From NCBI GenBank assembly GCA_963784695.1, contig CAWARZ010000006.1:979647-1043646 (forward strand): a stretch of DNA of 64,000 bases, given 5' to 3'. The translations under genes were made by a program, and so were the position numbers. Shown here one piece after another: positions 29,509 through 38,250 of the stretch. The stretch comes from an uncultured Chloroflexia bacterium. GTDB taxonomy: Bacteria; Chloroflexota; Chloroflexia; QHBQ01; JAICKM01. The stretch's first letter is position 1. Each line of letters opens with the position of its first letter. The notes beneath the pieces are model-generated. The model was not told where the DNA came from. It worked only from the letters and a program-made list of their open reading frames with translations, and ran no database searches.

Positions 29509-31836
29509 ATGGATACACCCCACGGCGATCCAACACGTAAGCGGCGGCTGGTCATCGTCTCCAATCGCCTGCCGTTCACGGTGACCGTAAACGACGGCGA
29601 GCTGGAGTTCGCCGAGAGCTCCGGCGGCCTCGTTTCCGGGATGATGGGCTACCTCGACCGGACGGGCGAGGCCACCGGCGAGGCGCCGGACTACATCTGG
29701 ATCGGCTGGCCCGGCACTGCCGTGGAAGAGGCGCTGCAGCATGAAGTGCGCGCCCGGGCGGCGGCCGAGTTCCACGCCTGCCCGGTCTTCATCGATCCGG
29801 AGGAGATGGACCGCTTCTATCATGGGTTCTGCAACGAGACGATCTGGCCGCTCTTCCACTACTTTCCGACGTATACGGCGTTCAACGAGGCCGATTGGGA
29901 CGTCTACTGCCGCGTGAACCAGCAGTTCGCGGACGCGGTACTCGCCGAGTTGCGCCCGGGCGACATGCTCTGGGTGCACGACTATCACCTGATGTTGCTG
30001 CCACAGATGGTGCGCGAACGGGCGCCGGACGCCACGATCGGATTCTTCCTGCATATCCCGTTTCCGACCTACGAGATCTTCCGACTATTCCCGCACGAAT
30101 GGCGCAACGGGATCCTGCAGGGGATGCTGGGTGCCGACCTGATCGGGTTCCACACCTACGAGTACAGCCAGGACTTCACCCGCGCCGTGCTGCGCACGCT
30201 GGGGTATGAGAACAGCCTCGGCCGCATTCAGGTGGACGATCGGCTGGTGCAGGTTGACAGCTTCCCTATGAGCATCGACTTCCATAAGTTCCATGACGCG
30301 CCGGAGAGCCCCGAGACCCAGGAGGAGATGGCCACGCTGGCCACGCGGCTGGAGGACGTCAAGGTGGTGCTGTCGATCGATCGGCTCGACTACTCGAAAG
30401 GCATCATCAACCGGCTGGAGGGCTACCAGGCCTTCCTGAGCCGCTACCCCGACTGGCATGGTCGCGTCGCGCTCGCGCTCGTCATCATCCCGTCGCGCGT
30501 CGGCGTCAACGAGTACCAGGCCACCAAGATGCAGATCGAGGAGCTGGTGGGCCGGATCAACGGCCAGTTCGGCTCGATCGCCTGGACGCCCATCCTGTAC
30601 CAGTTCCGCTCGGTGCCCTTTCCGGCGCTGACCGCCCTCTACGCGACGAGCGACGTGGCGCTGATCACGCCGCTGCGCGACGGCATGAACCTCATCGCCA
30701 AGGAGTACGTGGCCAGCCGGCGCGACGGCACGGGCGTGCTCATCCTCAGCGAGCTCACGGGGGCCGCCACCGAGCTGGGCGAGGCGATCCTGATCATGCC
30801 GACCAGCCGGCTGGAGATCGCCGATTCGCTGCTGGTCGCGCTGGAGATGCCGCGCGAGGAGCAGCAGCGTCGGATGTTTACGATGCAGGCCCGGATAGCG
30901 CGCTATGACGTCGTCGACTGGGCGGAGGACTTTGTCAGCCAGCTGCTGAGCATCAAGCAGGCGCAGGCGGCCACGGGCAGCAGTCAGCTCGACGCCGCGG
31001 CGCGCGCCGCCCTGCTGGCGGACTATACCCGCGCCGCACGGCGGCTGCTCTTCCTCGACTACGATGGCACGCTGGTGCCGTTCGCGGCGCGGCCCGAGCT
31101 GGCCACGCCGCCGCCCGAGATTCAGCGGCTGCTCGAACAGCTGGCAGCCGACCGGCGCAACGAGGTCGTCATCGTCAGCGGGCGCGACCGCGAAACGCTC
31201 GGCAACTGGCTTGGGGATTGCCCGGTGACGATTGTCGCCGAGCACGGCGCCTGGATCAAGCCGCGTGGCGAGTCCTGGCAGCTGGCGCAGCCCCTGGTCG
31301 ACGACTGGAAGGACCAGATCCGGCCCATGCTGGAGCGTTACACGCATCGGCTGCCGGGCTCGTTCGTGGAAGAGAAGAGCTTCTCGCTGGCCTGGCACTA
31401 TCGCGGGGCCGACGGCGAACTGGGCCCCGTGCGCGCGAAGGAGCTGCTCGACCTGCTTATGGGCATCACGGGCAACCTGGAGGTGCAGGTCTTGCAGGGC
31501 AAGAAGGTGATCGAGGTACGGCCCAGCTCGGTGAGCAAGGGCATGGTGGCGCGGACGTGGGCGCTCGACGAGCACGCCGGGTTCATTCTCGGTTTCGGGG
31601 ACGACTGGACCGACGAGGATCTCTTCGCCGCGCTGCCGGCGACGGCCTACACGATCAAGGTGGGGCCGGGCCTCTCGGCAGCACGCTTCCACGTGGCCGG
31701 CCAGCCGGCGGTGGTGGACCTGCTGGGCGAGCTGGCGCGCCGCTCGGCCGCGCTGCCGACCGTCCCAGCCGCGCCGCCCGAACTCCCGGCGCCGCAGCCG
31801 CCGGAGTATCCCGCGCCCGACGCGGGCAAGGCATAG
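29509..31836 (+). CDS. otsAB: bifunctional trehalose-6-phosphate synthase / trehalose-6-phosphate phosphatase (OtsA-OtsB fusion)
   Basis: Track ORF 29509..31836 (775 aa) with an AAGGAGG RBS. The GT20 domain reads LVIVSNRLPF...LWVHDYHLMLLP...LSIDRLDYSKGI...PLRDGMNLIAKEY. It is followed by an HAD phosphatase domain (LLFLDYDGTLVPF ... GFGDDWTDEDLF). Confidence 0.92.
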   Translation: MDTPHGDPTRKRRLVIVSNRLPFTVTVNDGELEFAESSGGLVSGMMGYLDRTGEATGEAPDYIWIGWPGTAVEEALQHEVRARAAAEFHACPVFIDPEEMDRFYHGFCNETIWPLFHYFPTYTAFNEADWDVYCRVNQQFADAVLAELRPGDMLWVHDYHLMLLPQMVRERAPDATIGFFLHIPFPTYEIFRLFPHEWRNGILQGMLGADLIGFHTYEYSQDFTRAVLRTLGYENSLGRIQVDDRLVQVDSFPMSIDFHKFHDAPESPETQEEMATLATRLEDVKVVLSIDRLDYSKGIINRLEGYQAFLSRYPDWHGRVALALVIIPSRVGVNEYQATKMQIEELVGRINGQFGSIAWTPILYQFRSVPFPALTALYATSDVALITPLRDGMNLIAKEYVASRRDGTGVLILSELTGAATELGEAILIMPTSRLEIADSLLVALEMPREEQQRRMFTMQARIARYDVVDWAEDFVSQLLSIKQAQAATGSSQLDAAARAALLADYTRAARRLLFLDYDGTLVPFAARPELATPPPEIQRLLEQLAADRRNEVVIVSGRDRETLGNWLGDCPVTIVAEHGAWIKPRGESWQLAQPLVDDWKDQIRPMLERYTHRLPGSFVEEKSFSLAWHYRGADGELGPVRAKELLDLLMGITGNLEVQVLQGKKVIEVRPSSVSKGMVARTWALDEHAGFILGFGDDWTDEDLFAALPATAYTIKVGPGLSAARFHVAGQPAVVDLLGELARRSAALPTVPAAPPELPAPQPPEYPAPDAGKA

Positions 31837-31866
31837 GGGCAGCCGCGGGCCGCGGGGGAGACGACG

Positions 31867-31890
31867 AGAGCCGCGCGCTTGCGCGGCTCT
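31867..31890. terminator. perfect 10-bp hairpin AGAGCCGCGC-GCTT-GCGCGGCTCT between convergent genes
   Basis: It lies 31 nt after the otsAB stop and about 100 nt after the stop of the convergent Kelch-SLH gene. It is followed by TGTGCTG on the plus strand. Confidence 0.5.
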
Positions 31891-31993
31891 TGTGCTGCCC
31901 GGCGGACGGTTGGAACGAACGTCTGCGCCGGCTAGGAGCGGGCGGGCAGCCGTTCCAGACCCGCCGCAGGACCAGTCGACGAAGCGCCGCCCT

Positions 31994-34903
31994 TCAATCC
32001 GCCGGTCCCGCTGCCGATCGATACGCAATCTTGGCAATCTGGCCGCGGGTTGCGTGCGCTGCCCAACGGAACGTGCCGTCGCTATATCCCGAGATGACAC
32101 CATGCTGGGCGCTCGTCTCGACGAATCCGAAGAAGGGATTGCCCGGCGTGACGTCGCGGAAGGTTGGGGTATCGGGGTGCAGAATGTCCCAGCCGGCCGC
32201 GAGCGTGACAACTTTGGCTACCTGGCCCCGTGTTACTGCGGCATTGGGGCGGAAGTAGGCACGCCCGCGCGCATCGCAGGGTTCGCCGGGTCCCCCGCAG
32301 GCGTAACCGGAGACCATTCCGTGCGCGGCGGCCGTTTCTACAACGGCGAAGAACGGCGAGCCCGGCGGGGCGTCAGCAAACGTGAAGGCGTCGGCCGCAG
32401 GGGTCAGGACGGGCATCTCAAAAGCCAGAACCACGATTTTAGCGAGTTGGCCGCGGGTGGTCGGCTCATATGGACGGTAGGTGCCGTCCGCGTAGCCTGA
32501 GACCACTTCACGGCAGGCCAAGTACTGCACGGGCCCGTAGAAGTAGTCCGAAGTTTGCACATCGACGAACACCGCTCCACATTGGGTAACCGTCGGACCG
32601 GCGGGTGTGCGGGTCGGCTCGGGAGTGGCGCTTGCGCTGCCTCCGGGCGGGGCAGTCGCGGTAACCGCGGGTGTAGGGGTCGCGTCGGCGCCGGGCGCCG
32701 GGCTCGACGTGGCTTCGGGCGCCGGCGTCGCGCTCCGCGGTGGCGTGGGAACCGGCGTCGTGGTGCGCGTGCGCGTCGGAGCCGGCGAAGTAGCGGTCGG
32801 GGTGCCGGCCGGGGGGGACGGCGTTGTGGTCAGGCTGGCCGATCGCGTCGGCGACGGGAGCGCGGCAGTAGCGGTCGGCGTGGGCGAGCCGTCGGGGCAG
32901 GCGCCTTCACGGTAGCGCTGCGTCACGTTTTGGTCGCCGGTCAGCGCGAGCCCGCCCACGGCGAAGACCCCGGCGGACGTACCTGCCCCACCCCCATGCA
33001 TACGGGCGGGCACGGGGCCGGGCACCGTGGTCCAGCACGCGCCCGGGACGGAGAGATCGAGGAGCACGGCGGTCGTCAGCGGCTGCCAGTCCAGGTTGTC
33101 CGTGCCGCTGCCCAGCACCCACTGGCTGCCCGATAGGCCCCCCTCGGCCCAGGCGCGAGGCGCGGGCAGATCGGCGACCGCCGTGTCGCTCCAGAGGTTC
33201 GTCGTCAGATCATAGCGGTAGGTCTTCGCGATCGGCGGCCCGCCGTCGCCGGGAAACCCGCCCGCCGCATAAATGTAGCCGCCTGTCGCGACGGCTGCCG
33301 GGAAGTTGACGGCCAGCGGGTAGGGCGCAATCGTGCCGGGCGGGGCCCAGGTGTCTGTCGCAATGGTGTAGACGTCGACGCTCGTGGTCGGCCCGCTGGT
33401 CGTGGTACCGCCGAGCCGGTAGATCTTGCCGTCGAGATAGACGGCGGCCTGATAGGCAGTCGCCAGCGGCGCGGGCGCGATGTAGGCGTAGGTGCCGAGC
33501 ACCGGGTCATAGCGCAGGAACGTGTTGGTGAAGCCGGTGGTCAAACCGTTCAGGATGTACACGTACCGGCCGTCGCTCACCGCGCTCGCGTCGAAACGGT
33601 CCTGCGGCATCAAAGCCAGGGCCTGCCAGAGCGTCGTGTCGGGATCGTACACGTACGCGGCGTCGGTTCCACCGCCCTCGCCGAGCAGGCCGCCGAAGCT
33701 GTAGATCCGGCCGCCTTGCGCCGCAGTGGCCTGGGAGTCGACGGTGACGGGGTAAGGCGCCTCGGGAAACCACCCGGCGCTACCGCAGGGCAACGCGGTC
33801 GGGGTGCTGGTCGGCGACGGCGAGGGCATGGGGCTGGCGGTCGGTGCGGGCGTCGTGGAGGGCAGTGGGCAGGGCGTCTCCTGATACTCGAGCACGTCGG
33901 CCTGCGCATACATGGTGTCTATGCCGCCCACGAGGTAGAACCCGCCGGCAGCAGTCGCTCCCTGCGCCAGTTGACGGAAGTACCACGCACGCGGCAGCGT
34001 GGCCCAAGGGCCGGTGGGGTCTTGGAGGTCCAAAGCCGCCGCGGTTTGGCTGGGCACGTTCCACGAGCGGCCGGTCGCCAGGATCCAGCGGCCGTTCAGC
34101 ACCGCGCTGGCGGCATTAATGCGGGGATCGGGGAGATCGCTGATGGGGCCGTCACTCCACTGGTTCGTGGCCGGATCATAGCGGTAGGTGTTGAAGAGCT
34201 CGCCCAGCACGCCGCCCCAACCGCCCGCACCGTAGATGTATCCATCCCAGGCAATCGCCTGCAGGCCATGTGCTGCAACCGGATAGTCGGCGATGGTGCC
34301 CACCGGCGCCCAGGTATTGCTTTGGACATCATACACGTCGACCGAGGATTGGATGCTCCTGTACGAACCGCTGAGGCCGCCGACGCGATAGATCCGATCG
34401 TCAAGGTACACGACCGCGGCATCCGCACTGCCCAGGGGGGAGAACGCCAGGGACGTGTAACTGTCGGAGACAGGGTCGTAGCGGTAGAGCGTGTTTTGGA
34501 TCCTGTCCTGATTATCGATGCCGCCTACAATGTATGCGTAGCGGCCGTCGGTGACGACGCCGGCGCCACCGCGGGGCGCCGGCAGGTCGGCCAGTGGAGT
34601 CCAGGTATCCACGATGGGGTCGTAGCGGTAGGCCGCGGAGCCATGTGGGTAATTGCCGCCGAAGCTATACAGCTGCCCGTTCAGGCTGGTAAGCGCGTGG
34701 TCGAAAACCGGGAACGGATACGGCGCTCGCCCCACCCAACTACCCTGGCCACAAACGGGCGTGGGCGTCGCGGTGGCCAGCGGGGCGGAACCGCCCGCGG
34801 CGCGGGCCGGGGGAGGCGGTTCGTCGAAGGGTGGGGCCACCGCAAGGGCGGCGAGGAGCACGACCGCGCCGGCCAGAGTCCCGAGCCACAAGCGCGAGGC
34901 CAT
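31994..34903 (-). CDS. secreted surface protein with two Kelch beta-propellers, a Pro/Thr/Ser-rich linker and three C-terminal SLH repeats
   Basis: Track ORF 31994..35092. The ATG at 34903 lies behind GAGGAGG (MASRLWLGTLAGAVVLLAALAVAPP). There are two series of YRYDP/YVYDP...W blades. The SLH repeats are FVDVQTSDYFY...GYADGTYRPYEPTTRGQLAKIV, FADAPPGSPFF...GYACGGPGEPC...FRPNAAVTRGQVAKVV and FRDVTPGNPFF...GYSDGTFRWAAHATRGQIAKIA. Confidence 0.85.
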   Translation of the reverse strand: MASRLWLGTLAGAVVLLAALAVAPPFDEPPPPARAAGGSAPLATATPTPVCGQGSWVGRAPYPFPVFDHALTSLNGQLYSFGGNYPHGSAAYRYDPIVDTWTPLADLPAPRGGAGVVTDGRYAYIVGGIDNQDRIQNTLYRYDPVSDSYTSLAFSPLGSADAAVVYLDDRIYRVGGLSGSYRSIQSSVDVYDVQSNTWAPVGTIADYPVAAHGLQAIAWDGYIYGAGGWGGVLGELFNTYRYDPATNQWSDGPISDLPDPRINAASAVLNGRWILATGRSWNVPSQTAAALDLQDPTGPWATLPRAWYFRQLAQGATAAGGFYLVGGIDTMYAQADVLEYQETPCPLPSTTPAPTASPMPSPSPTSTPTALPCGSAGWFPEAPYPVTVDSQATAAQGGRIYSFGGLLGEGGGTDAAYVYDPDTTLWQALALMPQDRFDASAVSDGRYVYILNGLTTGFTNTFLRYDPVLGTYAYIAPAPLATAYQAAVYLDGKIYRLGGTTTSGPTTSVDVYTIATDTWAPPGTIAPYPLAVNFPAAVATGGYIYAAGGFPGDGGPPIAKTYRYDLTTNLWSDTAVADLPAPRAWAEGGLSGSQWVLGSGTDNLDWQPLTTAVLLDLSVPGACWTTVPGPVPARMHGGGAGTSAGVFAVGGLALTGDQNVTQRYREGACPDGSPTPTATAALPSPTRSASLTTTPSPPAGTPTATSPAPTRTRTTTPVPTPPRSATPAPEATSSPAPGADATPTPAVTATAPPGGSASATPEPTRTPAGPTVTQCGAVFVDVQTSDYFYGPVQYLACREVVSGYADGTYRPYEPTTRGQLAKIVVLAFEMPVLTPAADAFTFADAPPGSPFFAVVETAAAHGMVSGYACGGPGEPCDARGRAYFRPNAAVTRGQVAKVVTLAAGWDILHPDTPTFRDVTPGNPFFGFVETSAQHGVISGYSDGTFRWAAHATRGQIAKIAYRSAAGPAD

Positions 34904-34998
34904 CGGCTCCCCACCTCCTCCTACCCCGCCCGGCCCGCCGGAGGTGGCGGGTCCGAGCGGCCGGCTCTTTAGCCCATAGATGTCCGCCGCGATCCAGG

Positions 34999-36029
34999 CT
35001 ACTGCACCGTGTCGCCGGGCGGGATGCGGCCCGCGGCCGAGTCGCCGAAGTGGGTCGGCACGTCGCCGCCGGGGAGATCGCCGCCGGTCCACGCCTTGCC
35101 CTGCGCCGCCTGCCAGGCCTGCACGGGGATCAGGGTGAGGACTTCCTGGGGGGCGTAGAAGGTCTTCCCGGTGGGCAGGTAGTGGCCGAAGACGCCCTGA
35201 ATGCGCTCATCGTCGCCGAGCAGGTCGAGCAGCTCGGTCTTCGTAATGCCCTTGTCCCACTGGATGCCCAGGGTGCTGAAATCGAACTCGCGGTTCGCCT
35301 CGGCGGGGGCAATCGGCCCGGCGGTGGTCGCGCGGCCGCCGGCCACGTTCGGCCGTTGATCGTCGATCGGGCCGATCGGGCCCTGGTTGGCCTGCACGGT
35401 GCCCTGGCCGACGGCGCTGCCGCCCGTGTCCAACTGATCGGCGGCCTGGCCGAGCGCCGCGACGGCGTTGCCGGCGTTGGCCAGGTCAAGGCCCATCGGC
35501 TGGCTCGCGGACGCGTTCGCGGCGGCGCCATTCGGCCCGGTGGACGCGCCCGCAGGCGCCTGCGAGGCGCCCTTGGCGGTGCCCGCCGGCTTCGGATTCG
35601 TCGGGCCGGCAGGGGTATCGTCGCCGAGCGTGACGCCGGAGCCGCCCGCGGCGAGGTCGGCGCCGCCCGCGGTCAGGTTCGCCAGGGCGTCCTGCAGGTC
35701 GAGCTCCGGCGGCTCGTACTCCTCGTAGTCGAACAGGTCCTCGTCTTCGTCGGCGCCCGCCGCGATGGTGTAGGCGTCGTACATGTTGTAGAGCCAGATG
35801 CCGGCCCAGACGACGGTCCAGCCGTTGAAGCGGCGTCGGGCAAGACTTTGACGCGGCCGAAGCGTCAAGACGCGGACGAGGCGGCCGGTGACGCCGCCGA
35901 GCGTGCTGGTAGACGACGCCGAGGACGATGAGCACCGAGCCCTTTGACCAGGCGACCGGCCGCCAGCTGGCCGAGGCCCGCCTGCACGGCCGACAGGAGC
36001 AGGATCCGGGTGTCGAACGGCTCATCCAT
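34999..36029 (-). pseudogene. membrane-hairpin protein with a long acidic/Gly-Ala-rich tail; N-terminus read across three frames (changes near 35935-35945 and 35895-35908)
   Basis: The ATG at 36029 lies behind GGAGG and gives MDEPFDTRILLLSAVQAGLGQLAAGRLVKG. The next frame gives SVLIVLGVVYQHA. The third frame (ORF 34999..35868) gives LGGVTGRLVRVLTLRPRQSLARRRFNGWTVVWAGIWLYNMYDAYTIAAG. Together these reproduce the common 'xGxGQxxxGxxxKG - TM - TM - WxxxxxDAY' membrane-hairpin pattern. Confidence 0.5.
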
Positions 36030-36235
36030 ACGGGAAACCTCCAATTGCGGGTGAGATGGGGCCGAACGCGGTCCGGCCGGTCCCGCGTGGGCGAGGCGCC
36101 GCGCCCATTGCGCGGCGGCCACCTCGGGCTGCGGGAGATTGCTGCTCCGCTGAGCAGGTTCTATGCCATTGCCCGGCCTGCCCGGCAGCCCGGTACCGCG
36201 AAGCGCGGCCTAGGGTGCCGGTTTCCGCGCCCGTC

Positions 36236-36264
36236 TTGCGGGGCCCGGGCAAACGTGCTACAAT
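36236..36264 (+). promoter_or_regulatory. sigma70-type promoter TTGCGG-17nt-(TGc)TACAAT for the amide-ligase operon
   Basis: The -35 element is at 36236-36241, TG at 36256-36257 and TACAAT at 36259-36264. An in-frame ATG at 36270 sits 6 nt after the -10, so a leaderless alternative start for the esterase gene is possible. Confidence 0.5.
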
Positions 36265-36356
36265 CGGCCATGCGCCGGTCCACCCCGGCGCGTGCGGCAT
36301 CCCGTACCCCCTCGACCGGATCCCCCCGGCGGGGCCATCATCTGATCTGGAGGCAC

Positions 36357-37073
36357 ATGAACCGCGAGTACCACAAATGGTACAGCTCGCAGCTGGGGCA
36401 CGACATGGAGTACCTCTTATTCGGCCACGCGGGCCGCCCCATTGTCGTGTTTCCCACGTCGCAGGGCCGTTTCTATCAATATGAGGACTTCGGCATGGTG
36501 GGCGCCCTGGCGGAGCGGATCGAGAAAGGCGAGGTCCAGCTGCTGTGCGCCGATTCGATCGACAGCGAGAGCTGGTACAACCGCGGCCTGCCCGTGCACG
36601 ACCGCGCGCTGCGGCACAATGCGTGGGAGCGTTACCTGATCAACGAGCTGCTGCCCTGGTTCGCCGGGCGCAACCCGGGCGTGCGCGATAACCTCTGCCT
36701 GACCGGCACGTCGTTCGGCGCCTACCACGCGATCAACTTCGGCTTCAAGCATCCCGACCTCGTCAAGCGCGTGGTCGCGCTGAGCGGCGCCTACAGCCTG
36801 CGGTTCCTCGTCAACGGCGCCTGGGACGAGGAGGAGTATTTCAACTCACCGCTGGACTACCTGCCGAACCTGCACGACGACTGGTACCTGTCGCGCATGC
36901 GCGCCCAGGAGATCGTGCTCGGGGTCGGCTCCGACGATATCTGCCTGGCCTCGACTCGCCGCCTGTCGGATGAGCTGTGGGCCAAAGCCGTGCCGCATTG
37001 GCTCGACGTCTGGGCGGGCGCCTGGCATGACTGGCCCATCTGGCGGGAAATGGCGGTCAAGTTCCTGCACTGA
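36357..37073 (+). CDS. esterase-family (PF00756-like 'putative esterase') alpha/beta hydrolase
   Basis: This is the C-terminal 238 aa of track ORF 35928..37073. The ATG at 36357 lies behind GGAGG. MNREYHKWYSSQLGHDMEYLLFGHAGRPIVVFPTSQGRFYQYEDFGM... and the nucleophile region CLTGTSFGAYHA are typical of this family. Confidence 0.78.
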   Translation: MNREYHKWYSSQLGHDMEYLLFGHAGRPIVVFPTSQGRFYQYEDFGMVGALAERIEKGEVQLLCADSIDSESWYNRGLPVHDRALRHNAWERYLINELLPWFAGRNPGVRDNLCLTGTSFGAYHAINFGFKHPDLVKRVVALSGAYSLRFLVNGAWDEEEYFNSPLDYLPNLHDDWYLSRMRAQEIVLGVGSDDICLASTRRLSDELWAKAVPHWLDVWAGAWHDWPIWREMAVKFLH

Positions 37074-37113
37074 CCGCCCGGCGGCACGACACGCGAACCT
37101 GGAGGATCACAGC

Positions 37114-38250
37114 ATGGCTAGCACCCCGATGAAGATCGGCCTGCTTTGCGGGCGCGAAAACACGTTTCCGGGCGCGTTCATCCAGCGCGTCAACGAGCTC
37201 GGGCAGGAGCACCAGATCACGGCCGAGCTGGTCAAGCTCGGGGGCACGCGCATGGACGAGCCGAGCCCCTACCGCGTGATCGTCGACCGCATCTCGCACG
37301 AAATCCCCTATTACCGCGCCTACTTGAAGCAAGCCGTGCTCGAAGGCACGATCGTCATCAACAACCCCTTCTGGTGGTCGGCCGACGACAAGTTCTTCGA
37401 GTGCGCGCTGGCCACCAAACTGGATGTGCCCGTGCCGCGCACGGTGGTGCTGCCGCAGAAGAGCTACGTCGAGGGCGTGGTCAGCGACTCGCTGCGCAAT
37501 CTGGTCTACCCCATCCCGTGGGAGGATATCGTCGCCTACGTGGGGCTACCCGCCTTCCTCAAGCCCTTCATCGGCGGGGGCTGGAAGAACGTCTACAAGA
37601 TCCACTCGGTCGAGGAGCTGATCTGGGCGTTCGACCAGACAGGGCAGCTGGGCATGATCCTGCAGGAAGGCATCACCTGGGACATGTACGTGCGCTGCTA
37701 CTGCCTGGGTCAGACGAACATCATGCCGATCCGCTACGAGCCGAACAACCCGTTCGAGAAGCGCTACATGCACGACCCCGGCTTCTTGCCGCCCGACCTG
37801 GCGCGGCGCGTGGTGCACGACGCGCAGATCCTGAACCAGGCGCTCGGCTTCGACATGAACACGGTCGAGTTCGCGATCCGCGACGGCGTGCCCTACGCCA
37901 TCGACTTCCTGAACGTGGCGCCCGACATGGATTACTACAGCGTGGGACCGCATTACTTCGAGTGGGTCGTCGAGAACATGGCCCGGCTGGTGATCTACCG
38001 CGCGCTAAGCGACTACACGCCCGGCCGGGACTACCGCTGGGACAGCCTGCTCAACTCGGCCCCGCCGCCGACCGGTGGGGCCGCGGCGCCGCTGCGTCCC
38101 GATTATGTCGACCTGAACACCATCCCCTGGGCCTGGCACCCGTACCAGATCCCCGGCGGCGGGGGCGCGCCCAGCGGAGCGGGGCCCGACGAGGCGCCGG
38201 TGGCGGCGGGTACCGACCAGGTGCCGGAGGCGGGGGGCGCGACGCCATGA
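37114..38250 (+). CDS. ATP-grasp domain protein (RimK / glutathione-synthetase-like fold)
   Basis: Track ORF 36970..38250, ATG 37114 behind GGAGGA. LDVPVPRTVVLP...VGLPAFLKPFIGGGWKNVYKIHSVEEL...MILQEGI...VRCYCLG...NTVEFAIRDGVPYAIDFLN follows the ATP-grasp order (K-loop, large loop, Mg/ATP E-x-N region). The Pro/Gly-rich C-terminal tail is unusual. Confidence 0.78.
   Translation: MASTPMKIGLLCGRENTFPGAFIQRVNELGQEHQITAELVKLGGTRMDEPSPYRVIVDRISHEIPYYRAYLKQAVLEGTIVINNPFWWSADDKFFECALATKLDVPVPRTVVLPQKSYVEGVVSDSLRNLVYPIPWEDIVAYVGLPAFLKPFIGGGWKNVYKIHSVEELIWAFDQTGQLGMILQEGITWDMYVRCYCLGQTNIMPIRYEPNNPFEKRYMHDPGFLPPDLARRVVHDAQILNQALGFDMNTVEFAIRDGVPYAIDFLNVAPDMDYYSVGPHYFEWVVENMARLVIYRALSDYTPGRDYRWDSLLNSAPPPTGGAAAPLRPDYVDLNTIPWAWHPYQIPGGGGAPSGAGPDEAPVAAGTDQVPEAGGATP

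Noticed and set aside
36270-36356. An N-terminal 29-codon extension of the esterase gene (MRRSTPARAASRTPSTGSPRRGHHLIWRH) or a separate leader peptide
   Set aside because: The composition is Arg/Pro/Ser-rich and unlike the esterase family N-terminus. The downstream ATG at 36357 has its own GGAGG. It is retained only as a possible leaderless alternative start, noted under the promoter feature.
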